Part shown: positions 1 through 9,628 of the stretch, piece by piece | Position numbering within the stretch: the first letter of the stretch is position 1 | Layout of the letters: each line of letters opens with the position of its first letter | Source of the DNA: Bdellovibrio sp. | GTDB lineage: Bacteria; Bdellovibrionota; Bdellovibrionia; Bdellovibrionales; Bdellovibrionaceae | Reading direction: 5' to 3' | Length of the DNA stretch: 46,229 nt | Assembly: GCA_043756765.1 (NCBI GenBank) | Contig: JAYUQO010000033.1 | Span: 1-46,229, forward strand | Translations under genes and position numbers: made by a program | Notes under the pieces: generated by a model | What the model saw: only the letters and a program-made list of their open reading frames with translations | Databases searched by the model: none | What the model was told of the DNA's origin: nothing

Positions 1-436
1 GGCGGTTTAAACCAGATTTATTAGAAGTTTCTAAATCATTTGTAAGTTCAGTATTCAATTGCACAAAAGGTTTAGCTGGTAATACAGGAGCTCTTTTAAC
101 AGCTTGTTGTTTTTTCTGAGCACTTCCAGAAACTGATTTAGCGGTTTGAGTTGTTGCAGAAACACCTGCAGCACCAGAAACAGTTACAGCTTTAGCAATC
201 ACATCTTTATTTTTAAGAGCTTCATATTCACGGTCAATACCGCGACCACTTAAATCATAACCAACACCTGTTTCATCAACAGCTTTACCCATTTTATAAT
301 TGATTTGAGAAACTTCAGTATTTTGTAATTTAATTTTCGGAGAATTTAATCGACTCATAAATGTAGTAAAACTGATAAGGCAAATACCTAAGCCAGTTAA
401 CACTAATTTTTCGTTTCTTGATAAGTTAGTTTTCAT
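1..436 (-). CDS. Hypothetical membrane-anchored/exported protein (partial; runs off the window start)
   Basis: ATG at 436-434 with AAGGAG upstream; reads MKTNLSRNEKLVLTGLGICLISF..., open to base 1; N-terminal hydrophobic stretch. Not in the ORF track. Confidence 0.75.
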   Translation of the reverse strand, partial: MKTNLSRNEKLVLTGLGICLISFTTFMSRLNSPKIKLQNTEVSQINYKMGKAVDETGVGYDLSGRGIDREYEALKNKDVIAKAVTVSGAAGVSATTQTAKSVSGSAQKKQQAVKRAPVLPAKPFVQLNTELTNDLETSNKSGLNR

Positions 437-464
437 AACAGATCTCCTTGATACCTACTTAGAG

Positions 465-481
465 AGCATCAATGAGACCAA
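465..481 (-). promoter_or_regulatory. Possible sigma54 -24/-12 promoter
   Basis: Minus strand TTGGTCTCATTGATGCT = GG-N10-GC, about 30 bp upstream of the ATG at 436. Confidence 0.4.
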
Positions 482-625
482 GTTATTGTTTTTATGACGT
501 TTATAGTGCAACTGACCCTATCAACAAGAGACACTTTAGCTGAATAGACATTTTTTGCTAACACTTCTGTGTAATGGAGCAACCGTCGTCTCAGGATGAG
601 ACGGGTTTATAAGGATTAGATAGTA

Positions 626-1006
626 CTACTTCTTGATAGCCGGGCAATAGCCCACACGAGTGCCTATTTTATCAGGGAAGGATCTGCAGGTTTCAGGACG
701 GATGTCGTACACAGTACACCCCCGCGTGACCGAATCTTGGAAGATGCAATCGCTGTTGGATTTTTGTTGTAGCATAAATAGCTCTGTGGATTCACGGTAG
801 CTTTGCAAGAAGCCTTCTTTTTTTAGCCGCTTCACAGATTTTTTTAATGAATGATCCACTTCGTCTTGGCTTAAAAGTTTTAAGCGAATTAGATCTGAAA
901 CTTTGACTTCGACAGGCATGGCGCAACAGTGGGCTTTACATTGGGTGCAGAAATCTTTTTCGTATTTTCGCCATGTCGATGGGCGATCTTTATCGACAAA
1001 AGCCAT
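626..1006 (-). CDS. YkgJ/FliB-like cysteine-cluster (CxxCxxxCC) Fe-S/Zn-binding protein
   Basis: CTQCKAHCC ... CIF ... CTVYDIRPETCRSFP motifs typical of the family. Confidence 0.85.
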   Translation of the reverse strand: MAFVDKDRPSTWRKYEKDFCTQCKAHCCAMPVEVKVSDLIRLKLLSQDEVDHSLKKSVKRLKKEGFLQSYRESTELFMLQQKSNSDCIFQDSVTRGCTVYDIRPETCRSFPDKIGTRVGYCPAIKK

Positions 1007-1008
1007 GA

Positions 1009-2463
1009 CTAGACATTTTTATCTTTAGTTGTGAAATCAAAACCTAATCGCTTTGTTTTTCCGTTTTCAGGATCATCGGTGATTGAACTGCTTTTTAATC
1101 TAAATTTGATTTTTGAATTTTCAATAATGACACGTGGATCTAATGAATGACTATCAATCACAACCACATTACGTGTTGATTGTGCCGTGATTAATCGTGT
1201 ATCCCAGATAGCCCGTAAGTAAATAATAAGGCTGCCTAAAAGTTGCGATAAAATAAAACTTAAAAATAAAACAACTATTAGTGAAACAACCGGTGTGACT
1301 TTATCTAGTCGTGATTTTTCATAAATTTCAAATTTGTTAATTAGGCTTAATTTTAAAGCTTCAACTTTAGCTAAAGCAGCTGAAATATCTTTGTAGCGTG
1401 AAACTTGCTGATCTGATCTTTTTTGTAATTCGTTATACATTTGCGCCGCCATAGGCATAGCTTTAGCTTCGTTAGATACACGGTCAATTGCTGTTTGAAT
1501 CTGTCCTAGCTTAGCACGTAGTAAATCATTTTCTAGTTTAAGACTTTGGGCTTTACCGCTGTTACCATAAAGTTGGCTTTCACGCTTTACTGTTGCAGTT
1601 GGGTTTCCAGTAAGTGCAGTCACAATCTTATTGTTTTCTGAAATTTTCATCAGTGTTTCATTTTTTCTAACCATTAGTTCAGATAAGTATTCCCCAACTT
1701 TTTCACGAGAACTTAAAGAAATTAAATTTTCAGGCTTTTCGTTAAATGCTTGCATTTTTTTATTAAGATCAAGAATTTCAGTATCAACCGATTTTTTTTC
1801 AGTTTGCAAAAAATCATTCATTTGCTGAATGTCTTTGGATTCGATCTCTTTAAATGATTCTAAAGCAACAGTCGCTGCGACATTTGAAATATATAGCGCT
1901 AATTCTTTTGAATCCGATTGGACTAACACATCAATTGAATAATCACTTTTGATTTTAAAAGACAGCATGCCGTCAATTTTTTTGTAGATCTGAATTTGTT
2001 CGTCTTCAGTTAATTTGTCAATTGGCTGGTTGTATTCAGTCTGCCAAATTTTTAAACCTTGTTTTTCACCTAAACTAATTTGTGAATTATAAGCTGTATT
2101 GGTTGTTTTGTTTGAAATCTTTTGTAGAAAATCGATGGACTTAAAATATTCAAGACTTTTTTGAACTGATGAATTATTTTTTTTAGCTTCATTAACTTGA
2201 GCGCCAGAACCCAGAATATTTTTTGTAAAAGCTTGTAAATGAGAATTTTGTGCGTCGTTAATAATGATTGTGGTTTTAGAAACGTAAGGATTTTTAATTG
2301 TGTAGATCACTAATCCCACACTAGAAATCATTAAAGTCAGGACTAAAAACAGTGGCCAATTCATAACCATCAGCGAAGTGATATCTTTGAGTGACATCTC
2401 TTGCATTAACTCTTGCGATCTATTTTCAAATTCAATAGATTTCGAATCTTCAATATTGTTCAT
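1009..2463 (-). CDS. GumC/Wzz/Wzc-like polysaccharide co-polymerase-type membrane protein without a kinase domain
   Basis: N-terminal TM helix followed by PYVSKTTIII, long periplasmic coiled coil, second TM near the C-terminus; no Walker A motif. Confidence 0.6.
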   Translation of the reverse strand: MNNIEDSKSIEFENRSQELMQEMSLKDITSLMVMNWPLFLVLTLMISSVGLVIYTIKNPYVSKTTIIINDAQNSHLQAFTKNILGSGAQVNEAKKNNSSVQKSLEYFKSIDFLQKISNKTTNTAYNSQISLGEKQGLKIWQTEYNQPIDKLTEDEQIQIYKKIDGMLSFKIKSDYSIDVLVQSDSKELALYISNVAATVALESFKEIESKDIQQMNDFLQTEKKSVDTEILDLNKKMQAFNEKPENLISLSSREKVGEYLSELMVRKNETLMKISENNKIVTALTGNPTATVKRESQLYGNSGKAQSLKLENDLLRAKLGQIQTAIDRVSNEAKAMPMAAQMYNELQKRSDQQVSRYKDISAALAKVEALKLSLINKFEIYEKSRLDKVTPVVSLIVVLFLSFILSQLLGSLIIYLRAIWDTRLITAQSTRNVVVIDSHSLDPRVIIENSKIKFRLKSSSITDDPENGKTKRLGFDFTTKDKNV

Positions 2464-2749
2464 ATGCTATCCCCGTTTAGGTGTTGGTTTACACGAAATA
2501 GCCGAGTTTGAATACAGACTGATTTTTTAAAGATTTATTGATGTATTTAATACAAAATAAAGTGTCAAAAATGTGTACACTCGTAACAATAACTTCACTT
2601 ATCAGCAGATCATAAATAAGCCCTAAATTTTAAAAATCAATATAGCTGCCTTCATAACTGCTTTAAATTTTATTGTAAAAAACAGGGCTAAGTTCTTATT
2701 TCAGGGCTCAATTAAGCCGATAGTCTAGGTAGAACTAAGGAGGACTTAG

Positions 2750-3052
2750 ATGAGTTCAATATACGACGGCGGACTTTTACATCAATTTTTATGTAACACA
2801 CCAGAGGGCGCCTTAAGAAAAATGCTTATCATCGACAAAATGACCGATGTGCACTTTAATATGTTAATGAAGTTTGCTCGAGGCTGTTCAGAAGCTGACT
2901 TCTGCACACACTTTGATGCGGGCACGTTTCCTAAATTAAAGTACAATGCGAAAGAAATCGTTTTAAAGGAAAAATTTTGGGAAATTTGCACACAGGTCTT
3001 AAATAAACATGGGCTACTCTCTCCTGCACCAGCTCAAAAAGCTGCCGCATAA
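2750..3052 (+). CDS. Hypothetical protein
   Basis: Strong AAGGAGG RBS before ATG; 100-aa ORF. Confidence 0.75.
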   Translation: MSSIYDGGLLHQFLCNTPEGALRKMLIIDKMTDVHFNMLMKFARGCSEADFCTHFDAGTFPKLKYNAKEIVLKEKFWEICTQVLNKHGLLSPAPAQKAAA

Positions 3053-3965
3053 TTTTACTGTCCTTATTCCTTTTCAAAACTTTGCGCTTGAGCTTGAAAA
3101 AGAGCTCGAGCGTAAAAATATTAAAATCATATTTAAACATTCACAAATCGTTGTCGTTGCGGCCAGCGCTAATACTTGCGCAGATACGTATTTGTGGGCC
3201 CAAGATGTTTGGTCCGAATGCCAGTGCGTTCAAGGCTACGATAACAGTTTATTAGCTTTAAAAAATTTAGATCAATTAGGCTATTACTATTCGACTGAAA
3301 AAAACCCGATGGCGACTAAATTAATTCATAAACTTAAATTGATTCCGGAAAAAAGAATTAAGTTTCCTGTTAAAAAAGAATTCTCTTTTAAATACTACAT
3401 ATGGACTGCAGTTGAAGGTTTTATTATTTACAGCGCTGATCCCCGATCCCGCTACCCTGTTGGCTGGCATGAGTTCGAAGAAGACAAAAACCATCCCCCA
3501 AATCGAGCTTATTTAAAGCTTTGGGAAGTTCTAACAACCCAAAACTTAATTATTAACCCTAATGAAAGCGCTATTGAAATAGGTGCAAGTCCTGGCGGCT
3601 GGAGTTGGGTTCTCAGTCAGTATTTTAAAACAGTTTACACCTTCGACCGGGCCGATTTAGACCCTAAAATTCAAAAAATACCGAACATCGTTCATTTCAA
3701 AACTGATGCTTTTAAAATTGATCCAAAGGATTACACCAATTGCAGTTGGTTTTTTTCAGACCTCATTTGTAGTCCTGAAAAAATACATGAAACTATTCAA
3801 TATTGGCTAGACCACAGCCAGATAAGAAATTTCGTGTGCACGATTAAATTTAAAGGGCAAACTGATTACGAAGTGATTGATAAATTAAGAAAAATACCTG
3901 ATTCTAAACTTGTGAGACTTTATCAGAATAAACACGAGATCACTTGGATAAAATATGTCAAATAA
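3009..3965 (+). CDS. SAM-dependent 2'-O-ribose RNA methyltransferase, FtsJ/RlmM-like (start uncertain)
   Basis: PPNRAYLKLWE, EIGASPGGWS SAM motif, SDL, TIKF and NKHEIT give the K-D-K-E tetrad. Confidence 0.8.
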   Translation: MGYSLLHQLKKLPHNFTVLIPFQNFALELEKELERKNIKIIFKHSQIVVVAASANTCADTYLWAQDVWSECQCVQGYDNSLLALKNLDQLGYYYSTEKNPMATKLIHKLKLIPEKRIKFPVKKEFSFKYYIWTAVEGFIIYSADPRSRYPVGWHEFEEDKNHPPNRAYLKLWEVLTTQNLIINPNESAIEIGASPGGWSWVLSQYFKTVYTFDRADLDPKIQKIPNIVHFKTDAFKIDPKDYTNCSWFFSDLICSPEKIHETIQYWLDHSQIRNFVCTIKFKGQTDYEVIDKLRKIPDSKLVRLYQNKHEITWIKYVK

Positions 3966-4638
3966 TCAAGTCAATCTTAACACGGCTAACTTTTATACTC
4001 CGGTGAGCAATCTTGATTTTAGCGAGATCTATCAACATATAAAATCTCATAAAATGGCCGTGGCCTATAAAATTCTTGATCAACATTCTAAATCAATCTT
4101 TTTACCTATCAGCGGTGACAAACTTTACATTTCGAAAACTTTTCCGCATAAGTATATTAATCAAGAAATTATTTGCTGTTTTGATTACAACGGTGAAACT
4201 CATTTATTTAAGTCTGTTGTTAATAACGGTGAAACTAATTATATTATTGATCGCCCTACTGAAATTTGTAAAATGCAAAGACGTGATAATTTTAGGGTCA
4301 GTATACCAACGACATTAAAACACAATTTTAAAATCACAAAAGAAGCCAGTTTGAAGTGTGAATTACGTGACCTCAGTTTGGGAGGCTGTAAAATTTCGGT
4401 AGCAAGTGCCTTCCCACTTGAATTTAAAATCGGTGATGAACTTAACTGTACAATGGCTTTGTTAGATGCTGATCCGTTAATACTTAGAACTGAAATCGTC
4501 TTTGCAGAATTTATCAAAGAAACTAAAGCGCAAATTTATGGATTAAAATTCAGTGATCTTGATTCAGCAGCAACGTCAGAATTACAAACTTCCATGGTAC
4601 GCGTTGATCGTATTATTCGTGGAAAGAACTTAGAATAG
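3955..4638 (+). CDS. Flagellar brake protein, YcgR-like PilZ c-di-GMP receptor
   Basis: QRRDNFR (RxxxR) and DLSLGG (DxSxxG) PilZ motifs after an N-terminal YcgR-like domain. Confidence 0.85.
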   Translation: MSNNQVNLNTANFYTPVSNLDFSEIYQHIKSHKMAVAYKILDQHSKSIFLPISGDKLYISKTFPHKYINQEIICCFDYNGETHLFKSVVNNGETNYIIDRPTEICKMQRRDNFRVSIPTTLKHNFKITKEASLKCELRDLSLGGCKISVASAFPLEFKIGDELNCTMALLDADPLILRTEIVFAEFIKETKAQIYGLKFSDLDSAATSELQTSMVRVDRIIRGKNLE

Positions 4639-4639
4639 C

Positions 4640-5407
4640 TTATACATCACAGCTTTGAAATAGCGGGATCTCTAACAATCTTCCCTTAAATCCGTGCAGT
4701 TTTAATTTTTCTTTAAAAATATCGACAGATATATCTTGGCTTAATGGTGGGTAAAAGTCATCGTGATGATGTGGTATAACTACTTTCGGATTGATAAAAG
4801 CCACTTGTTTAGCAACTAAATCTTGAATCTGAGTATGCCCTTGTAGCGGGGCCAATAAAAAATCAATTTGTAAATCTTTATAAGTCAGAAGTTCTTTATG
4901 CGTACACCCTGCAGAACTAATAAATAAAACTTTTTTATTTTTAATCTCAAACATGTAAGTTTGCACAAGTCCTTTAGGATAGCCAAAACCGACGTGGCAT
5001 AAATTCAAACAATCAGAAACTTGGCATCTTTTCAAAGTTGAATAAACTAATGGCCAATCAAAAGTAACATGTGAACTTTTAAAAGCACGCATTTTGTATT
5101 TTTTAAAAATAAGTTCTGTATTTGATGTATGAATAATTTTCGAGGCCTGCACCCCGCGAAGTCTCAGCATATAACTTGTTAAACCTGGGGCGTAAACTTG
5201 GGCATCACTTGAATTTAAAATTTGAGGAACATCGTAGGTATGATCGAAGTGGCCATGCCCAATGAATAAAGCCTCAGTGTTTGCAAAAGACTGCGCCGTA
5301 AATGGTGAAGGTTGGCCTTTGCCACGACTAATAAACGGGTCAAAAGCGATATCCCCGCTTGAGCTTTTAACAATAAATCCTGCAGTGCCTAACCACGTTA
5401 AATCCAT
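4640..5407 (-). CDS. Metallo-beta-lactamase-fold hydrolase (UlaG-like)
   Basis: LTWLGTAGF start, DPF, HGHFDH (HxHxDH), C-terminal PHHHD. Confidence 0.85.
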   Translation of the reverse strand: MDLTWLGTAGFIVKSSSGDIAFDPFISRGKGQPSPFTAQSFANTEALFIGHGHFDHTYDVPQILNSSDAQVYAPGLTSYMLRLRGVQASKIIHTSNTELIFKKYKMRAFKSSHVTFDWPLVYSTLKRCQVSDCLNLCHVGFGYPKGLVQTYMFEIKNKKVLFISSAGCTHKELLTYKDLQIDFLLAPLQGHTQIQDLVAKQVAFINPKVVIPHHHDDFYPPLSQDISVDIFKEKLKLHGFKGRLLEIPLFQSCDV

Positions 5408-5413
5408 GAACTC

Positions 5414-5442
5414 ACGCTAGCATGAGTGACTATTTATGACAA
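5414..5442 (-). promoter_or_regulatory. sigma70-like promoter, probably leaderless transcript
   Basis: Minus strand TTGTCA-N17-TAGCGT-N6-ATG; no SD; overlaps the imperfect palindrome CTCACGCTAGCATGAG. Confidence 0.5.
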
Positions 5443-5498
5443 ATGTTAAGCCTTTTAACAGATAACTCTGTTTAATTGATTTAAAGACACTTTAGGTC

Positions 5499-5514
5499 TG
5501 GTGAGCCTTTTGCT
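5499..5514 (+). promoter_or_regulatory. Possible sigma54 -24/-12 promoter
   Basis: TGGTGAGCCTTTTGCT = GG-N10-GC with TTGCT, about 50 bp upstream of the ATG at 5567. Confidence 0.5.
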
Positions 5515-5566
5515 TTAAATATCTCTGTTACAGAAATCTTAAAAAGACTTAATCACAGGAGATCTC

Positions 5567-6472
5567 ATGAACTTCATCAAAAACCCCGCTAAATTGATCG
5601 TTCTAGCTGCTCTAACTTTAATGGCTGCAACAAGCCATGCGACTTTGCCTGAAGGCTCTTACAAAGGCGATAGCAGTCAAATCCGTGGTTTATTAAATTC
5701 AAACATCATGTCATTACTTATTAAAAAAGATCCAAACAGTTCAGACTACTATGCCATACTAGCAGAATATAAAGTCAGCAATGTAGCTAGTTTAATTCAG
5801 TCATCACGAATCACTAATTGGATTAACAGAATTTATTCTTACAAAATCGTGGAAACTTCGAAACTAAATTATGATTTATTACCACTTGAAGTCACTGCAG
5901 CCGGAGACATTCAAGCTAACACGAATGTAGTTGCATCAACTTTGACTTTAGCCAAAGAGGGTTCGTTTAAAGGAGCTGTCCTTTCAAGAAACCGTTCGCA
6001 AGTGAGTTCTACAAATGAAGTGATGCGTTTTGATGGAACATCATCTGGTTCAACTTGGGAAAACTATATTCCGTCTAAATACTTAGGAACAACTCTTTCG
6101 AACGGATTAGATTATTTCAATGATTATTCTTATAATTTAGTGATCAATGCTGATATGACTGCTGATTTTCATCAAAATGATATTAAAGGTCAATTTGATG
6201 TTCGTGAAAATATCCAAGGTTTATTTTTTACAATGACACCAAGAAGTGACAACGTAAAAGGTCAAAATAAAGTTGTTGGTCGTATTGCATATTTTACTGA
6301 TATCGTGAATCAAAAGCCTAAGAAAACAAATGATGAAATCTTATTTATCAATCCTGAAAATGGAAGTGACATTGGTTTTTATTACGAGCGTGAGTTGTGC
6401 AACGAAGCAAAAGTACAATGTCGCACGCCAGACGATGTTAAAAACGCTTCAAATCCAATAACTGGAAAATAG
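5567..6472 (+). CDS. Secreted hypothetical protein
   Basis: AGGAG RBS; Sec signal peptide ending ATSHA; beta-rich mature region with no recognised motif. Confidence 0.75.
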   Translation: MNFIKNPAKLIVLAALTLMAATSHATLPEGSYKGDSSQIRGLLNSNIMSLLIKKDPNSSDYYAILAEYKVSNVASLIQSSRITNWINRIYSYKIVETSKLNYDLLPLEVTAAGDIQANTNVVASTLTLAKEGSFKGAVLSRNRSQVSSTNEVMRFDGTSSGSTWENYIPSKYLGTTLSNGLDYFNDYSYNLVINADMTADFHQNDIKGQFDVRENIQGLFFTMTPRSDNVKGQNKVVGRIAYFTDIVNQKPKKTNDEILFINPENGSDIGFYYERELCNEAKVQCRTPDDVKNASNPITGK

Positions 6473-6474
6473 GA

Positions 6475-8535
6475 CTATTCTTTCCACGGCACAAAAGCTG
6501 TTTCTAAGCCGCTCATGTGCGGCTTAAGTTCCGGCATATGACGACCAATGACTTGTGCCAACGTACCCTGCTGATCAATCCACTGAAGGCCTGCACTGGT
6601 ATAGTGTTCACTGTTGTAGTAATCAGTAAAGTAAGGATCCGCCATTAAACGGCGCGATGCCATCAAGATGAAAATTTGAAACATTGTTTCACCAAAACCA
6701 AAGTTTTTAGGACGCACATCTTCTGCTAAAGTTCCAACTAATAAATCGATCATTTCGACATTGTCGTTACCGCTAGTATCAAAACCATAAACTTGTTCAA
6801 ATTTTTTGATCACACCTTTTTGTTTTTCATCCAGTTCTTTATTAGGATGAAAAAAATCACGGTAATTGTTAATTGGTTTTAAACCAATTGCACGACGAAA
6901 CTGATTATATCGTGGTGTTGCACGTTCGCGATCACGGATAATATCAACCATACCCAAATCCATTGAACCATGTCCTGGAATTTTTAAATCGCGCATGAAT
7001 TCAGGAAAATTATTAAGCACTAACTGACCTGGCATTTGCGTTCCAAAAGAGTAAAATAAATCTTTTGTACTGTAGTTTTCCATAATTGAATAAGATTTTT
7101 CATTTCTTGTCTCAATAAAGGGAACCTCTTCAACTATTGATTTATTAGATTGATCTTTAAAAATCAATTTTTCCGGCAATAGTGAATGCAGACGGTAAAC
7201 TGATGTGAATTCTTCAGTAATACTGTATGGAACTCCGAAATCATTTTTCTTATCGCCGACGATTCCGCCTAATAAATATCCTGACTTAATTGCAGAAAAG
7301 AAATCTGTTTTAGCCGCTAATTTACTAACAACTGGAATTTTTTGAAATGTTTTTGTATGGGTGTTTGGATTTAAGGCTCCGTACCAGTTGATTTTCATCC
7401 CTTTTTTCAAAGTTTCATTGGCTAAAATAGCCGGAGTCCACTCAACAGTGTGAATTTTGGCTAAAATCGCCGCATTCACTAAACGTGCTGTTTGAAAAAT
7501 TTCTTCGTCAAGTTGCTTTTTCGTCATGACCACGTTTTTATCTTGACCATTCCATGACCACAAATCTGTTGCCGGATTATACTTCGCATATTTTTGAAAC
7601 AACATATCTGCAATAGCATTATGTTCTCTTACGAATAAAGTGTGAAGTAAACTTAAACCAACCCACCAGTTGTCTTTAAAACCAGTTTCTTCAAAGCCTT
7701 GATTTTGTCTATTATTAGTTGGGTTTAAAGTAGAACTTTTTGGTAGTAGTTCTTTTCCGTTAGCCATGACAGTTGTCATTTTACCTTTTGAGTATTCTCT
7801 AAGTTCTGCTTGTTCTTTTTGACTGCTTCCATAAATTTGTGAAGCATCCCACCAATGAGTCACATCATTTGCAGACACTTTACCATAAATATTTTTGAAA
7901 TTTTTGGTACCTTCAGGAATTATTTTAGTACGATCAATAGATTGCTGATTGCCTTTGCTATCAACAATAACATGCGGATTTGATGTTTGATTCGGTCCGT
8001 GTGTTAACCAGTCATGATTCATAAATTGAATCCAAACAGCAGCTAACATATTTAAAAAAGGAACAGGCTTGAATTCATCTCGCTCAAAGAATACTTTTGA
8101 AACGACTGCAGGATTTGGTGTCATTAAATTTTGTGAAGCTTGCTGATCAATAAACTCTGGGTCTACATTGCGACCAAAAGCGACTCCGGCAGCACCGACC
8201 ATCGGATATTTAGGATCATAACAAGTCCCATCAGCAGAACGAAATTTTGTATCAATTTTTGAACAGTCTATTTGTCTGTAACCTGTGTAATTGATATGTG
8301 GATCATGAAGATTATTTTTTAAAAGACTTTTACGAATATCGCTAAGAACAATTAATCCACCAAGTTCTGTACTTTTATCTGACCAAGTTGTCCATGGCGT
8401 ATCAGCTAATTCAGAACTAGGAACTCTTTCAACCCCGTTACTTTTAGAATGAACTGCGGCAGTTGGCATCGAACCACACGAAGTGACCAATTGAACAAAT
8501 GTGATCAAATAAACTAAATGTTGACGGCAAATCAT
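6475..8535 (-). CDS. Heme peroxidase-cyclooxygenase family protein, fatty-acid alpha-dioxygenase (PIOX/alpha-DOX)-like lipoprotein
   Basis: FRSADG, FGRN, WIQFMNHDW (distal Q/H), THWWDASQIYG, FVREHN, AKIHTVEWT, GVPYSITEEFTSVYRLHSLLP (catalytic Tyr and proximal His), RDRERATPRYNQFRR, ASRRL; lipobox LVTSC. Confidence 0.9.
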   Translation of the reverse strand: MICRQHLVYLITFVQLVTSCGSMPTAAVHSKSNGVERVPSSELADTPWTTWSDKSTELGGLIVLSDIRKSLLKNNLHDPHINYTGYRQIDCSKIDTKFRSADGTCYDPKYPMVGAAGVAFGRNVDPEFIDQQASQNLMTPNPAVVSKVFFERDEFKPVPFLNMLAAVWIQFMNHDWLTHGPNQTSNPHVIVDSKGNQQSIDRTKIIPEGTKNFKNIYGKVSANDVTHWWDASQIYGSSQKEQAELREYSKGKMTTVMANGKELLPKSSTLNPTNNRQNQGFEETGFKDNWWVGLSLLHTLFVREHNAIADMLFQKYAKYNPATDLWSWNGQDKNVVMTKKQLDEEIFQTARLVNAAILAKIHTVEWTPAILANETLKKGMKINWYGALNPNTHTKTFQKIPVVSKLAAKTDFFSAIKSGYLLGGIVGDKKNDFGVPYSITEEFTSVYRLHSLLPEKLIFKDQSNKSIVEEVPFIETRNEKSYSIMENYSTKDLFYSFGTQMPGQLVLNNFPEFMRDLKIPGHGSMDLGMVDIIRDRERATPRYNQFRRAIGLKPINNYRDFFHPNKELDEKQKGVIKKFEQVYGFDTSGNDNVEMIDLLVGTLAEDVRPKNFGFGETMFQIFILMASRRLMADPYFTDYYNSEHYTSAGLQWIDQQGTLAQVIGRHMPELKPHMSGLETAFVPWKE

Positions 8536-8698
8536 GAAAAACTCCTTCTTTTAATGACATTCATTATTTTACTAGAACTCGTGTTATGTTTCAAATTTAT
8601 GCTTGTTTACTGCTAGACCAAAGTTGTGCTTTAGATCAAGGTCTAGGTGCTTAACTGCATCCACTGGAGTTATTTGCAGAATAATATAAAATAAAATC

Positions 8699-9625
8699 AT
8701 GATTAATCGAAAAATGTTTTTCAAAATAGTGTTTGGTTTTTTTGCGCTTTGTGTGGGCGGTTATTTCTTCGTCGGTCTTTTGATCGAACCGCCAGGGCTA
8801 AGATCACCAGCTTCACAGCCAGAAAACTATGAATCATTCAGTGCTTGCGAAAAACAAAATATTTTATGGAGCGAAATTAGAAAAACAACTTATACAGCAT
8901 TGCCAGAATTAGATGCTTTTGGTTTTCTACAATTTGTAGCCATGAGCCGCCAAGAAATATCTTTAAAAGGCTATTATCAATCTGATTTTGCACCCACTGG
9001 TTGGAAGAAATATATTCACGGTCGTGGTGCAGTTGCACAAGTTAAATTTATCGCTAAACCAAATTCTTATACAGGCATTTTTACCGGAGCAGACTGTGCA
9101 TTAATTCGTTTATCAGTAACTTATAAGCCCGGTGGAAGCAAAGCTGTTGCCCCAGGTTTAGCCCTAAAAATTTTAAGAGACAAAGTCAGCAGTGCTAATA
9201 TATCAGCTTTAGTTTCTATTGATGGACAAGAGAAAGATTTTAATATTTTTAAAAATACAATGTCAAATATAGTTCCAGAAGGGACTGGCGTAGGTGCAAA
9301 ATTAGTTCAACGAGTTTTCAAAAAAGTTTCAGCTTATCCTGAAGAAATCGTTTTAGATCATATGGCTCAAATCGATGTTCGAGGATTAACAAGCGAACAA
9401 CCCAAGGCCCCAAGACAAGTTTTTTTCGTGCCTAATGAAAAACTGAATTTTTCATCTGAAGAACACGACTTTCGCGAAGACTTACTAAAAATTTCTGCAA
9501 GTACAAAGCTTTATTCTGTCTATGCAGACAAAGAACATATTGGCGATTTGGTGACGACATCAGAATTTCTGTCTTCAGAATTCGGTGATGATGGTTTATT
9601 TTTTAAACATCAGTTTAAAAAATAA
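8699..9625 (+). CDS. Catalase-fold (catalase-related) protein with N-terminal membrane anchor
   Basis: KYIHGRG (distal His), IRLS, PGLALKI and a downstream Asn match the catalase core; ends at LFFKHQ without the RxxxY proximal-Tyr motif. Confidence 0.65.
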   Translation: MINRKMFFKIVFGFFALCVGGYFFVGLLIEPPGLRSPASQPENYESFSACEKQNILWSEIRKTTYTALPELDAFGFLQFVAMSRQEISLKGYYQSDFAPTGWKKYIHGRGAVAQVKFIAKPNSYTGIFTGADCALIRLSVTYKPGGSKAVAPGLALKILRDKVSSANISALVSIDGQEKDFNIFKNTMSNIVPEGTGVGAKLVQRVFKKVSAYPEEIVLDHMAQIDVRGLTSEQPKAPRQVFFVPNEKLNFSSEEHDFREDLLKISASTKLYSVYADKEHIGDLVTTSEFLSSEFGDDGLFFKHQFKK

Positions 9626-9628
9626 TTG

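Noticed and set aside
581-608. GTCTCA-GGA-TGAGAC hairpin as a mobile repeat (REP/MITE)
   Set aside because: Single copy in the window; equally explained as a terminator for 626-1006 or an activator site.
2697-2723. sigma28 promoter before 2750
   Set aside because: GCCGATAG -10 is good but no TAAA-like -35 at the right spacing; left uncalled.
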